Origin: a virus
Taxonomy: Duplodnaviria > Caudoviricetes
IMG/VR virus record: IMGVR_UViG_3300046167_000476
Coordinates: 813-64,812 of that record
Length of the DNA stretch: 64,000 bases
Strand: one strand, 5' to 3'
Shown: positions 40,313 to 48,973 of the stretch, one piece after another
Layout of the letters: each line of letters opens with the position of its first letter
Numbering within the stretch: the first letter of the stretch is position 1
Program-made: the position numbers and the translations under genes
The notes under the pieces: model-generated
Seen by the model: only the letters and a program-made list of their open reading frames with translations
What the model was told of the DNA's origin: nothing
The model's database searches: none

Positions 40313-42034
40313 ATGCAGACAACAGAGATCAATGGATTTGCTATTGAAAATTTCAATCAGCATGGCCTAGAAGAGGGTAAGAAACAGGGTACATGCCCTT
40401 TATGCTCTCACAATAGGAAACCCAAAAATCAAAAAGCAAAATGTGCTTCTTATGATTGGGAACGGGGTCTCGGTACTTGTCACAACTGTAACAAATCATT
40501 TCAATTACACACTTATCAGCGTAAAGGTAAAGCTGAGAAAGTATATGTTAAACCTGAAATCAAAACAAATCCAGATAAGCCTGAGTTTGTAAGTGATAAG
40601 GTTATCGAATGGTTTGGAACAAGAGGTATATCAGCTCAGACTCTTATTGATTTACAAATCAGCGAGGGTCCTGAGTGGATGCCACAGACCGGTAAAACCG
40701 AGAATGTTATAAAGTTCAATTATTTTATGGGCGGTGAGTTAACAAACGTTAAATACCGAGATGGAAGAAAGAACTTTAAATTATATAAAGGGGCTGAGAA
40801 AGTATTTTATAATATAGATAGTATTGTAGGATATGAATATTGCGTTATAGTAGAAGGTGAAATGGATGTATTAGCATTACACGAAGCAGGTATTACAAAC
40901 GCTATATCAGTTCCAAATGGAGCAACACTTAACTCTAATAACTTAGACTACTTAGATAGTTGTATTGATTACTTTGAAGACAAAGAAAAGATTATATTAG
41001 CTGTAGATTCTGATGAAGCTGGACAAGCATTACAAACAGAGTTAATTAGAAGGCTAGGATCTGAGGTTTGTTTTCTATCAACATTTGAAGACTGTAAAGA
41101 TGCAAATGAATACTTACAAAAATATGGCAAAGAAAAACTTACAGAAAGAATCACAGGCGCGAGGCCCGTACCTCTTGAAAACGTTACTACGTTCAGAGAT
41201 ATCGAGGATGAAGTCACTGACTTTGTTCGCAATGGTTTTAAACCTGGCTTTCAAATTGGTTTACAGAACTTTGACGATATATTTTCTACGTATACTGGTC
41301 AATTTATTACTGTCACTGGAATACCTTCTTCAGGGAAGTCGGATTTCGTGGATCAAATGGTTGTTGGCTATAACGCGAACTACGGTTGGAAAACAGCTTT
41401 CGCATCTCCAGAGAATGTACCGACATATCTACACGCTCATAAATTAATGCGTAAGACTTGGCAAGGTATGCCAACTAAAGAGGATATTGGTGGAGATAAA
41501 TGGAATCAAATAGCAGATCATTGTAATAGTAATTACTTTCACATTGATATGGAACGTTATACTTTAGAGTCAGTGCTTAAAAAAGCTGCTGAGCTAGTTA
41601 AACGTAAAGGTATTAAATGCCTAGTTATAGATCCGTTTAATAAAGTTAGAGACGTAGACTGTAAGACAGAGGATGTTAACCGTTATACAATGGAGTATCT
41701 TACTAAGATAGAAACATTTGCTAAGAAGTTTGATGTACTTGTATTTATTGTAGCTCACCCAACTAAAATGTATAAAGACAAAGATGGTAAGATTGAAGAG
41801 CCTACAATGTATAACATTAAGGGTGGTGGTGAATGGTACGATGCATCTTATCACGGTTTGTTAGTACATAGAGATTATGAGAACAAAACAGTTAAAGCTA
41901 AAGTGCTTAAGATAAAGTTTCAAAACCTCGGTGAAAACGGAGCTGAAGCACATTTTAAGTGGGAACCAAGATCAGGTTGTTTTCTTCCTCATGAACCTTT
42001 AGATGTATCAGCTGATAAAATGCCTTGGGAATAA
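40313..42034 (+). CDS. Primase-helicase (T7 gp4/Twinkle-like)
   Basis: CPLC...CHNC zinc domain, TOPRIM EGEMD/DSDEAG, Walker A GIPSSGKS, IDP, VAHP. Confidence 0.92.
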   Translation: MQTTEINGFAIENFNQHGLEEGKKQGTCPLCSHNRKPKNQKAKCASYDWERGLGTCHNCNKSFQLHTYQRKGKAEKVYVKPEIKTNPDKPEFVSDKVIEWFGTRGISAQTLIDLQISEGPEWMPQTGKTENVIKFNYFMGGELTNVKYRDGRKNFKLYKGAEKVFYNIDSIVGYEYCVIVEGEMDVLALHEAGITNAISVPNGATLNSNNLDYLDSCIDYFEDKEKIILAVDSDEAGQALQTELIRRLGSEVCFLSTFEDCKDANEYLQKYGKEKLTERITGARPVPLENVTTFRDIEDEVTDFVRNGFKPGFQIGLQNFDDIFSTYTGQFITVTGIPSSGKSDFVDQMVVGYNANYGWKTAFASPENVPTYLHAHKLMRKTWQGMPTKEDIGGDKWNQIADHCNSNYFHIDMERYTLESVLKKAAELVKRKGIKCLVIDPFNKVRDVDCKTEDVNRYTMEYLTKIETFAKKFDVLVFIVAHPTKMYKDKDGKIEEPTMYNIKGGGEWYDASYHGLLVHRDYENKTVKAKVLKIKFQNLGENGAEAHFKWEPRSGCFLPHEPLDVSADKMPWE

Positions 42035-42292
42035 ATGGGTAAGAAAAAGTCACCATGGGATATGGGTGATTATACTCCGACAAACGAAGAGGCTGAAGCT
42101 ATGAGATGGTGTGTAAGAAATCAAATATACATATCACCAGTAGCTATAAGAGAGTCTAGATGGACTATAGAGATACTAAATAACGGTAAGACTAGTACAG
42201 ATCCAAATAACTATAAGAAGTTAGATATATGGATTAAGATGTACAGCTACTATAAATATTATTACAACAAGTATGAAAACAAGATTCAATAA
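42035..42292 (+). CDS. Hypothetical protein
   Basis: 85 aa in the operon. Confidence 0.6.
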   Translation: MGKKKSPWDMGDYTPTNEEAEAMRWCVRNQIYISPVAIRESRWTIEILNNGKTSTDPNNYKKLDIWIKMYSYYKYYYNKYENKIQ

Positions 42293-42914
42293 TGCTAATG
42301 AAGCATATGAGGGTGTTATAGATGAAATACTACAAAAAGGTATTGACTTTGGTGACACAAAGGCTATATTCAATTGTGGTTTTTATATAGATAATCCTTC
42401 AGACAAGGTTATAACAAACGTTGAGCGTAAGTGGAATAAAAAGTATGCTGCAGCTGAATGGGCTTGGTATTTATCTGGCGATCCTAGTATTAATAAATTA
42501 GGAGAACTATACGGTAGTATACCACCTATATGGAAACGTATGGCTGATAAATATGGTTTAGTTAATTCTAATTATGGTTATCAATGGCAAAGAAATAACC
42601 AATTAGGTTATGTAGTAGATAAACTAAGAGAGGACACAGACACAAGGCAAGCAGCTATAAGTATATATGATGCCAAAGAGCATAACAGGTTTACAAACGA
42701 TACACCTTGTACTTATGCTATACAGTTTTCTATCATAGACGAAAAGCTCTGTATGTCTGTCTATATGCGTTCTAATGACATCTGGTACGGTTTCTGTAAT
42801 GATCAGTATCAATTTGCATCATTGCAGGAGATGGTTGCAGATATGTTATCTATTGAAACGGGTTGGTATTATCACCACGCCCACAATATGCACCTGTATA
42901 ACAATAAACTATAA
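42273..42914 (+). CDS. Thymidylate-synthase-family enzyme with a dCMP hydroxymethylase-type signature
   Basis: NSNYG, TRQA, catalytic PCT, MRSNDIWYGFCND and H.YN motifs. Confidence 0.75.
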   Translation: MKTRFNNANEAYEGVIDEILQKGIDFGDTKAIFNCGFYIDNPSDKVITNVERKWNKKYAAAEWAWYLSGDPSINKLGELYGSIPPIWKRMADKYGLVNSNYGYQWQRNNQLGYVVDKLREDTDTRQAAISIYDAKEHNRFTNDTPCTYAIQFSIIDEKLCMSVYMRSNDIWYGFCNDQYQFASLQEMVADMLSIETGWYYHHAHNMHLYNNKL

Positions 42915-42918
42915 AATT

Positions 42919-43668
42919 ATGTATTATTTATACCACATACCAGGTAAAAAGATCGGTGTTACACGTGATCTTAATAGTCGGGTAACTCTTCAACAGGGTT
43001 ATAAACCAGACGAATACGAAGTTCTACTTACTAGCAAAGATATAGATTATATATCTGACAAGGAAATAGAACTTCAAAAGTCTTATGGCTACAAAGTAGA
43101 TATAAAACCATACAAAAAACTATTTAATCAAATGAATATAAACGCAACAGAACAAACATCAACATTTCCAGTACCTTTAAATAAACTTAAAGGACAACTT
43201 ATGGATAATATAGGCTTAAAATGGCCCACTGACAATGGAGTATTTAGCTTAGATAATCAAACTATTGACTGGATAGTTAAAAATGCTAGAACATCTATGT
43301 TTAATGTAAACAGATGTTATATATATAATAAAGCATATGCTAATAAATTTATAGAGCAAAATACAGAATCAAGCAGGTTTGATGATATACGTCAATGGGC
43401 TAGAGACAAAGGTATATATAAATCAGGTGATGCCAGAACTCAGTTCGTAAAACTTATGGAAGAGGCCGGTGAGCTTGCTCAAGCTATATTAAAGAACGAT
43501 GAGCCTGAAGTAATAGACGCTATTGGCGATATGGTTGTTGTATTAACTAACTTAGCAGAGCTTAGAGGCTATAGCATAGAAAAATGTATAGACAGCGCAT
43601 ATGACGTTATAAAGTCTAGACAGGGTAAAATGGTTAATGGAACGTTTGTTAAACAAGAAAGCTTATAA
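42919..43668 (+). CDS. Fusion of an N-terminal GIY-YIG-like domain and a C-terminal MazG-like NTP pyrophosphatase
   Basis: Start at 42919, MYYLYHIPGKKIGVTRDL..R..Q; C-terminal KLMEEAGELA...DAIGD. Confidence 0.7.
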   Translation: MYYLYHIPGKKIGVTRDLNSRVTLQQGYKPDEYEVLLTSKDIDYISDKEIELQKSYGYKVDIKPYKKLFNQMNINATEQTSTFPVPLNKLKGQLMDNIGLKWPTDNGVFSLDNQTIDWIVKNARTSMFNVNRCYIYNKAYANKFIEQNTESSRFDDIRQWARDKGIYKSGDARTQFVKLMEEAGELAQAILKNDEPEVIDAIGDMVVVLTNLAELRGYSIEKCIDSAYDVIKSRQGKMVNGTFVKQESL

Positions 43669-43670
43669 TT

Positions 43671-44030
43671 ATGAAGATAAAAACAAAAGATGAAATAGTA
43701 CGAAAAGTACTTAGAAAGATGGATGAACGTAGCTTGGTAGGTCAAAAAAAGTATGGAGCTACAATGATGCAAGAAATAGAAGGCCAAGAGAAAGATCTTA
43801 ATAGGTTTTTAGTCGATGTTCAAGAAGAGTTAATGGATGCGTTGTTATATATCGAAGCTGCTAAGCGTTGTTTATCAGATGAGGTTGAAGAGTTGATGTT
43901 AAAGCATCACGCTTATGAAGATGAAAGAATGAAAGTTATAACACAAAACGGAAACAGTGGTTTACATTACGATAACTTAGGGGACTTGGAAGTTAACTAT
44001 GAAGTAATTGGTTATCATGATAAGAGGTAA
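43671..44030 (+). CDS. All-alpha NTP-PPase (MazG-like) protein
   Basis: RS..G.KKYG...QEELMDALLY. Confidence 0.55.
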   Translation: MKIKTKDEIVRKVLRKMDERSLVGQKKYGATMMQEIEGQEKDLNRFLVDVQEELMDALLYIEAAKRCLSDEVEELMLKHHAYEDERMKVITQNGNSGLHYDNLGDLEVNYEVIGYHDKR

Positions 44031-44472
44031 GAGACCTTTTAAAAAGAAAAGAGGTCCTGTTGTAAGTAAAAAAGTTACTTATGACGGGATCAAATTTGCT
44101 TCAGGCTTAGAACGTTATATGTATATGGCGTTAAAAAAAGCCAAGATAAAAGCCAAGTATGAGGGAGAAACGTTCGTACTGCTAAGTGGCTTTCATTTTG
44201 AGAATGAAGTATACGAAAGACAATCAAATGGAAAGGGTGAATACAAAAATAGAGGATGCAAACGTATCTTACCTATTAAGTATACACCTGATTTCATAGG
44301 AGATGATTTTATAATAGAGACAAAAGGTAGAGCTAACGAGTCTTTTCCAATGAGATGGAAATTGTTTAAGAGGTTAGTTATGAATCAGTTTCCAACAGTT
44401 ACATTATATAAACCACAAAATCAAAAAGAATGCGACAGAACGATAGAGCTAATCCTTTCCAAAAGAAAATAA
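44017..44472 (+). CDS. T7 endonuclease I-like Holliday junction resolvase
   Basis: FASGLE, YTPDF and IIETKG motifs. Confidence 0.8.
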   Translation: MIRGKRPFKKKRGPVVSKKVTYDGIKFASGLERYMYMALKKAKIKAKYEGETFVLLSGFHFENEVYERQSNGKGEYKNRGCKRILPIKYTPDFIGDDFIIETKGRANESFPMRWKLFKRLVMNQFPTVTLYKPQNQKECDRTIELILSKRK

Positions 44473-44910
44473 TAGCTAGACAAAGATATGCAGAGAGAAA
44501 AATTGACAAATGGGTTAAATGGAGCTGGGAAGTAAAAGGCAAAGTAAGATCAAGAGATATAGAACAATTACATAAAAGATATAATATTATATGCACATGA
44601 AAGAAAACGAAGAAGAAACAGCTTGGATAATAGAAGTAGGATTTTACCCAGGAGTATTACTTGGATTTAGATCTTACGTAGAAGAAGAATTTTCAATACA
44701 CGTATTTTATATACCGTTTTTTGATATATCACTAAAGGTATTTAAATAATGGACAAGGACTTAGTAATAGAAAGCGTAAGACTGTTTATAGACAACGTGC
44801 TTTACGACATGAAAAACGTATCTAAGTCTACTACTAAGCCTATAATATTGGCTCATATAGATGCTTGGAGAAATGAATTAGAAACAATAAAACAATTTAC
44901 AAAAACATAA
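44430..44910 (+). other. Three short coupled ORFs of about 52-57 aa, hypothetical
   Basis: MRQNDRANPF..., MHMKENEEE... and MDKDLVIES... fill the gap up to nrdB. Confidence 0.45.
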
Positions 44911-45878
44911 TGGGATTATTTAATGAAAGAATAGCATACAAGCCATTTGAATACCCTGAGTACTACACTGAGGGTTGGTTAAAACAAGCACAAGCATTTT
45001 GGTTACATACTGAGATCTCAATGCAAAGCGATATAAAAGATTGGAATGAAAAACTTACAGAAAAAGAAAAGCACCTCGTCGGAAACATTTTACTTGGGTT
45101 CGCTCAGACAGAATGCGCAGTGTCCGACTATTGGACTCAAAAAGTTGTTGGATGGTTTCCGAAACACGAGATCCAGCAAATGGCAATGATGTTTGGCTCG
45201 CAAGAGACTGTACATGCTGTTGCTTATAGTTATTTAAACGAAACTTTAAAATTAGAAGATTATGAAGCATTTTTACACGAACCTGCTACGGCAGATCGTT
45301 TTGATAACCTCGTTTCTTACGATGGCAACAATACAACTGGTATTGCTAAATCTCTTGCTGTATTCTCAGCCTTCGCTGAAGGTGTTAGTCTTTATTCTGC
45401 CTTTGCAGTGTTGTATTCTTTTCAGTTACGTAATTTACTTAAAGGAATTGGGCAGCAAATGAAATGGTCTGTAAGAGATGAATCATTGCACAGTAAAATG
45501 GGTTGTCAACTATTTAGGCATATGTGTCAGGAAGACAATCAGTTACTTAATTTATGCAGAGAAGATGTTATAAAGGCTGCAGAAACAATGGTTGATTTAG
45601 AGATTAAATATATCGAGAAGATGTTTGAAATGGGCGATATAGAAGGTATATCAGCTAATGATCTAAAGCATTTTATAAAAAAGAGAACAAATGAAAAACT
45701 TGTGGAACTTGGTTATGTCGACCTGGGTAACTACTTCGCGTATGACGAGAAGGCAGCAGCTAATCTTGATTGGTTTTACCATCTTACCGGGGGCGTCACT
45801 CATACTGATTTTTTTGCTATTAGGCCGACTGATTATTCAAAAGCTGGAGAAGATGAAGACTACGAAGACATTTGGTAA
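44910..45878 (+). CDS. nrdB: Ribonucleotide reductase class I beta subunit
   Basis: AFW, metal ligands in QTE / ETVH / AEG / DESLH, radical Tyr in HAVAY, DFF..R.TDY. Confidence 0.92.
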   Translation: MGLFNERIAYKPFEYPEYYTEGWLKQAQAFWLHTEISMQSDIKDWNEKLTEKEKHLVGNILLGFAQTECAVSDYWTQKVVGWFPKHEIQQMAMMFGSQETVHAVAYSYLNETLKLEDYEAFLHEPATADRFDNLVSYDGNNTTGIAKSLAVFSAFAEGVSLYSAFAVLYSFQLRNLLKGIGQQMKWSVRDESLHSKMGCQLFRHMCQEDNQLLNLCREDVIKAAETMVDLEIKYIEKMFEMGDIEGISANDLKHFIKKRTNEKLVELGYVDLGNYFAYDEKAAANLDWFYHLTGGVTHTDFFAIRPTDYSKAGEDEDYEDIW

Positions 45879-45916
45879 AATAGAATTAAATAAAAATGAA
45901 ATTATAAAACAATTAT

Positions 45917-46147
45917 ATGAAAGAACAGACACTGATTGAGATGAAGAATAAGATTGAAACCTTAGGCTTGATCAATCAAAAACTAATAAGTGAATTAAAC
46001 CAGACAGCTACAATAGCTATAGGTGTATTAGAAACAATTAAACAAATGCCAGATTATGATAAAGCGATCGAAAGAGTTAAGGAACAGGCTGCTAAACAAG
46101 CTAGTGAGGCAAAAGCGGTTAACTCCTTGGAAGAGATTAGCGACTAG
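45917..46147 (+). CDS. Hypothetical coiled-coil protein
   Basis: 76 aa between nrdB and nrdA. Confidence 0.55.
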   Translation: MKEQTLIEMKNKIETLGLINQKLISELNQTATIAIGVLETIKQMPDYDKAIERVKEQAAKQASEAKAVNSLEEISD

Positions 46148-46322
46148 GGCAGGATATATGGGCAGTGGTTTTTTAATCGCTGCTCAATGGACTATAGATC
46201 CAAAACTTTATATGGTAGGATTTATACTAGTAATAATACAGACAAGCTCTAGGAAACAATGGAACTTAGTAGCTTTAAATATAAATGGGTTAATAGCCTG
46301 GTTAATACACTCAATTACATAA
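46104..46322 (+). CDS. Small membrane protein with 2-3 TM segments; start uncertain
   Basis: Hydrophobic segments; stop coupled to the nrdA ATG (TAATG). Confidence 0.5.
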   Translation: MRQKRLTPWKRLATRAGYMGSGFLIAAQWTIDPKLYMVGFILVIIQTSSRKQWNLVALNINGLIAWLIHSIT

Positions 46323-48040
46323 TGTGGAACAATGAATGGAAAAAAGGAGAAGATTACCCTTCGTGGGGTAATACGGACGTATACAAGAAGACAATATCCG
46401 GGGGATATTTACTTGACGGAGAAACGCCTAGAGAGGCATACCAAAGAGTCGCTAAAACAGTTGCTCGTAGACTTTATAAGCCGGAAATGGCTGAAACCTT
46501 TTTTAATTATATTTGGAATGGTTGGCTTTGTCTTGCTTCTCCTGTCCTTTCCAATACTGGTACAGATCGCGGTCTTCCTATTAGTTGCTTTGGTATCGAT
46601 GTTGCTGACTCTATACAAGACATAGGACAGAAAAATCTAGAGATGATGCTACTCGCTAAGCACGGCGGTGGAGTTGGTATCGGTATAAATCAAATCAGAC
46701 CCGCTGGCGCTAGAATAACAGGTAATGGAACATCAGATGGAGTCGTACCTTTCTGCAAGATATATGACTCAACAATTCTTGCAACTAATCAAGGGAGTGT
46801 CCGTCGTGGAGCTGCCTCAGTTAATATCAACATTGAACATGATGACTTCGAGGAGTGGCTTGAAATCAGGGAACCTAAAGGAGATGTTAACAGACAGTCG
46901 CTTAACTTACATCAGTGCGCAATTGTTGGTGACAAGTTTATGCGTAAGCTTGAACAAGGAGATAAGGACGCAAGATCTAGATGGAGTAAATTACTTAGAA
47001 AACGAAAAGCAACTGGAGAACCGTATATTATGTTTAAAGGAAATGTTAACAAAGCAAATCCAGAAGCATATAAAGACAACGGATTAAAAGTACATATGAC
47101 TAACATATGTTCAGAAATTACATTACACACCGATGAGAATCACAGCTTTGTTTGCTGTTTATCATCATTAAATTTAGCAAAATATGAAGAATGGAAAGAC
47201 ACTAACCTTATATACGACGCCACGTGGTTTCTTGACGGGGTTATGGAGGAATTTATTCAAAGAGCAAAAGGACTTAGAGGTTTTGAAAATGCCGTTCGTT
47301 CTGCTCAAAAAGGAAGAGCAATCGGACTGGGTGTTCTTGGATGGCACACATATCTCCAAGAAAAAGGAGTTCCTTTTGAAGGTTTACTTGCTCAGTTTGA
47401 AACTAGGAAAATATTTTCACAAATTAAAATTGAAAGCGAAAGAGCATCAATGGACTTGGCAGAAATTTACGGAGAGCCTTTATGGTGTGTTGGTACCGGT
47501 ATGCGTAATACTCATCTCCGTGCTATTGCTCCTACTGTTTCTAATAGCAAGCTTAGTGGTAATGTTTCACCGGGTGTTGAGCCGTGGGCTGCAAATGTTT
47601 TTACAGAGCAAAGTGCGAAAGGGACTTTCATTAGGAAAAACCCGACGTTAGTTAAATTATTAAAGAAACACAAACTAAATACAAATGAAACGTGGAATAA
47701 AATACTGGCTGACGGAGGTAGCATACAGGATATCAATGCTTTGGATAATATTACTATGGGGCACGACATCCCAGTTAAAGAGGTTTTTAAAACTTTTAAA
47801 GAAATTAATCAACTAGAGTTAGTTAATCAAGCTGGTCTTAGGCAGCAATACGTGGATCAGTCGGTTAGTTTAAACCTAGCTTTTCCATCTGAAGCTACAC
47901 CTAAGTGGTTAAATAAAGTTCATTTTGATGCTTGGAAAAAAGGTGTTAAAACCTTATATTATACTAGAACAGAATCTGTTTTACGCGGTGATATAGCTCA
48001 GCAAGCTATGAGTGAAGATTGTTTAGCTTGTGATGGCTAA
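46322..48040 (+). CDS. nrdA: Ribonucleotide reductase class I alpha subunit without an ATP cone
   Basis: ISCF, GGGVG, NICSEI, CCLSS, APTVSNS, KTLYY and C-terminal CLAC; start at 46322. Confidence 0.93.
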   Translation: MWNNEWKKGEDYPSWGNTDVYKKTISGGYLLDGETPREAYQRVAKTVARRLYKPEMAETFFNYIWNGWLCLASPVLSNTGTDRGLPISCFGIDVADSIQDIGQKNLEMMLLAKHGGGVGIGINQIRPAGARITGNGTSDGVVPFCKIYDSTILATNQGSVRRGAASVNINIEHDDFEEWLEIREPKGDVNRQSLNLHQCAIVGDKFMRKLEQGDKDARSRWSKLLRKRKATGEPYIMFKGNVNKANPEAYKDNGLKVHMTNICSEITLHTDENHSFVCCLSSLNLAKYEEWKDTNLIYDATWFLDGVMEEFIQRAKGLRGFENAVRSAQKGRAIGLGVLGWHTYLQEKGVPFEGLLAQFETRKIFSQIKIESERASMDLAEIYGEPLWCVGTGMRNTHLRAIAPTVSNSKLSGNVSPGVEPWAANVFTEQSAKGTFIRKNPTLVKLLKKHKLNTNETWNKILADGGSIQDINALDNITMGHDIPVKEVFKTFKEINQLELVNQAGLRQQYVDQSVSLNLAFPSEATPKWLNKVHFDAWKKGVKTLYYTRTESVLRGDIAQQAMSEDCLACDG

Positions 48041-48118
48041 AGGCTAAAAGTTATGACTTTTTTATACATATAAAAACCAATGTGTATAAAAAACTCAATA
48101 TGCTATACACATTAAATA

Positions 48119-48150
48119 GAAAAAGGGCTCTCAATACGAGGGCCCTTTTC
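48119..48150. terminator. Bidirectional rho-independent terminator where the two arms converge
   Basis: GAAAAAGGGCTCTC-AATAC-GAGGGCCCTTTTC; a second inverted repeat TTTTTATACAT...ATGTGTATAAAAA at about 48058-48093. Confidence 0.8.
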
Positions 48151-48193
48151 ATTATAGGAATTGCAGGTATGGTACGCCTGATAATCTTTACTC

Positions 48194-48514
48194 CTATTTA
48201 TTCAATTCATTAATTACTTTTTGTATATCTTTGGGATCTACTGTTAACTTCATTGTTAAGCCGGCTTGCCATATTTTTTTTAGCTTTTTATTTTTATCAA
48301 ATAATATTATAGCAGGTACTGAACTTATAGCTTCTTTAAATTTTTTAGGCTGTGAATCGTAGTCCACTTCTAAGACTTTGACACCTTTTATTAGCTTTAA
48401 AAATTGATAGTCGTTTTTGTGGTTCCAGTCTGAATTCATATAAAGCAATGTAGCTTCTTGAGAAAACATGTTAAAAGATAATATAAATGCGATTAAAATT
48501 AAAATACTTTTCAT
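48194..48514 (-). CDS. Exported thioredoxin-fold-like protein lacking CxxC
   Basis: Signal peptide; VLEVDYD...ISSVPAIILF pattern. Confidence 0.45.
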   Translation of the reverse strand: MKSILILIAFILSFNMFSQEATLLYMNSDWNHKNDYQFLKLIKGVKVLEVDYDSQPKKFKEAISSVPAIILFDKNKKLKKIWQAGLTMKLTVDPKDIQKVINELNK

Positions 48515-48516
48515 GG

Positions 48517-48798
48517 TTATTTGTTTATGATCTCAAATAGTTTTTCATCTATTTTGTCTAGTTTTTTACTGTTATTGTCTACTTTTTCATTTATGTTTAT
48601 TATAGTTTCTCGAACAAGTTGATCTTTTAAATCGTATTCAGTTCTATCTATTGGTGGTTTAGGTAGTTCCTTAGCTAGCTGTATATCTGATTGCAAAGCA
48701 AAATATACTGAAGCTAAAGATATAGCGCCACCAACTATTATACCTATTGTTTTCAAGTCTAATGTAACTTGAGTACTCTCTGATATTTTATTAGTCAT
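48517..48798 (-). CDS. Membrane-anchored coiled-coil protein, possibly lysis-related
   Basis: One TM segment plus a coiled coil. Confidence 0.5.
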   Translation of the reverse strand: MTNKISESTQVTLDLKTIGIIVGGAISLASVYFALQSDIQLAKELPKPPIDRTEYDLKDQLVRETIININEKVDNNSKKLDKIDEKLFEIINK

Positions 48799-48830
48799 AG
48801 TTATCTTAAGTAAGTAATTTTATGTTTTGT

Positions 48831-48954
48831 TTATTTTGGCACGCAATTAGGAACTTTTCTATTTCCCTTCTTCTTCATACCAACTTGCTTATAATTTTTC
48901 CAGCAAGGACCCTTTTTTAATCAACTTCTTTAGTAATGGTGTGTTTTCTTTCAT
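48831..48954 (-). CDS. Small basic protein with a PCWKNYKQVGMKKKG..KVPNCVP motif; frameshift near 48910
   Basis: Motif recovered after correcting one extra base. Confidence 0.5.
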
Positions 48955-48973
48955 AATATCTTAGTTAAATTCA

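Noticed and set aside
40286-40313. Short tandem repeats: (AATTA)n before the primase, (TGTTAAA)n near 14535 and (TTTA)n near 18920
   Set aside because: They sit in A/T-rich translation leaders typical of Bacteroidota-type initiation; nothing suggests phase variation or iteron function.
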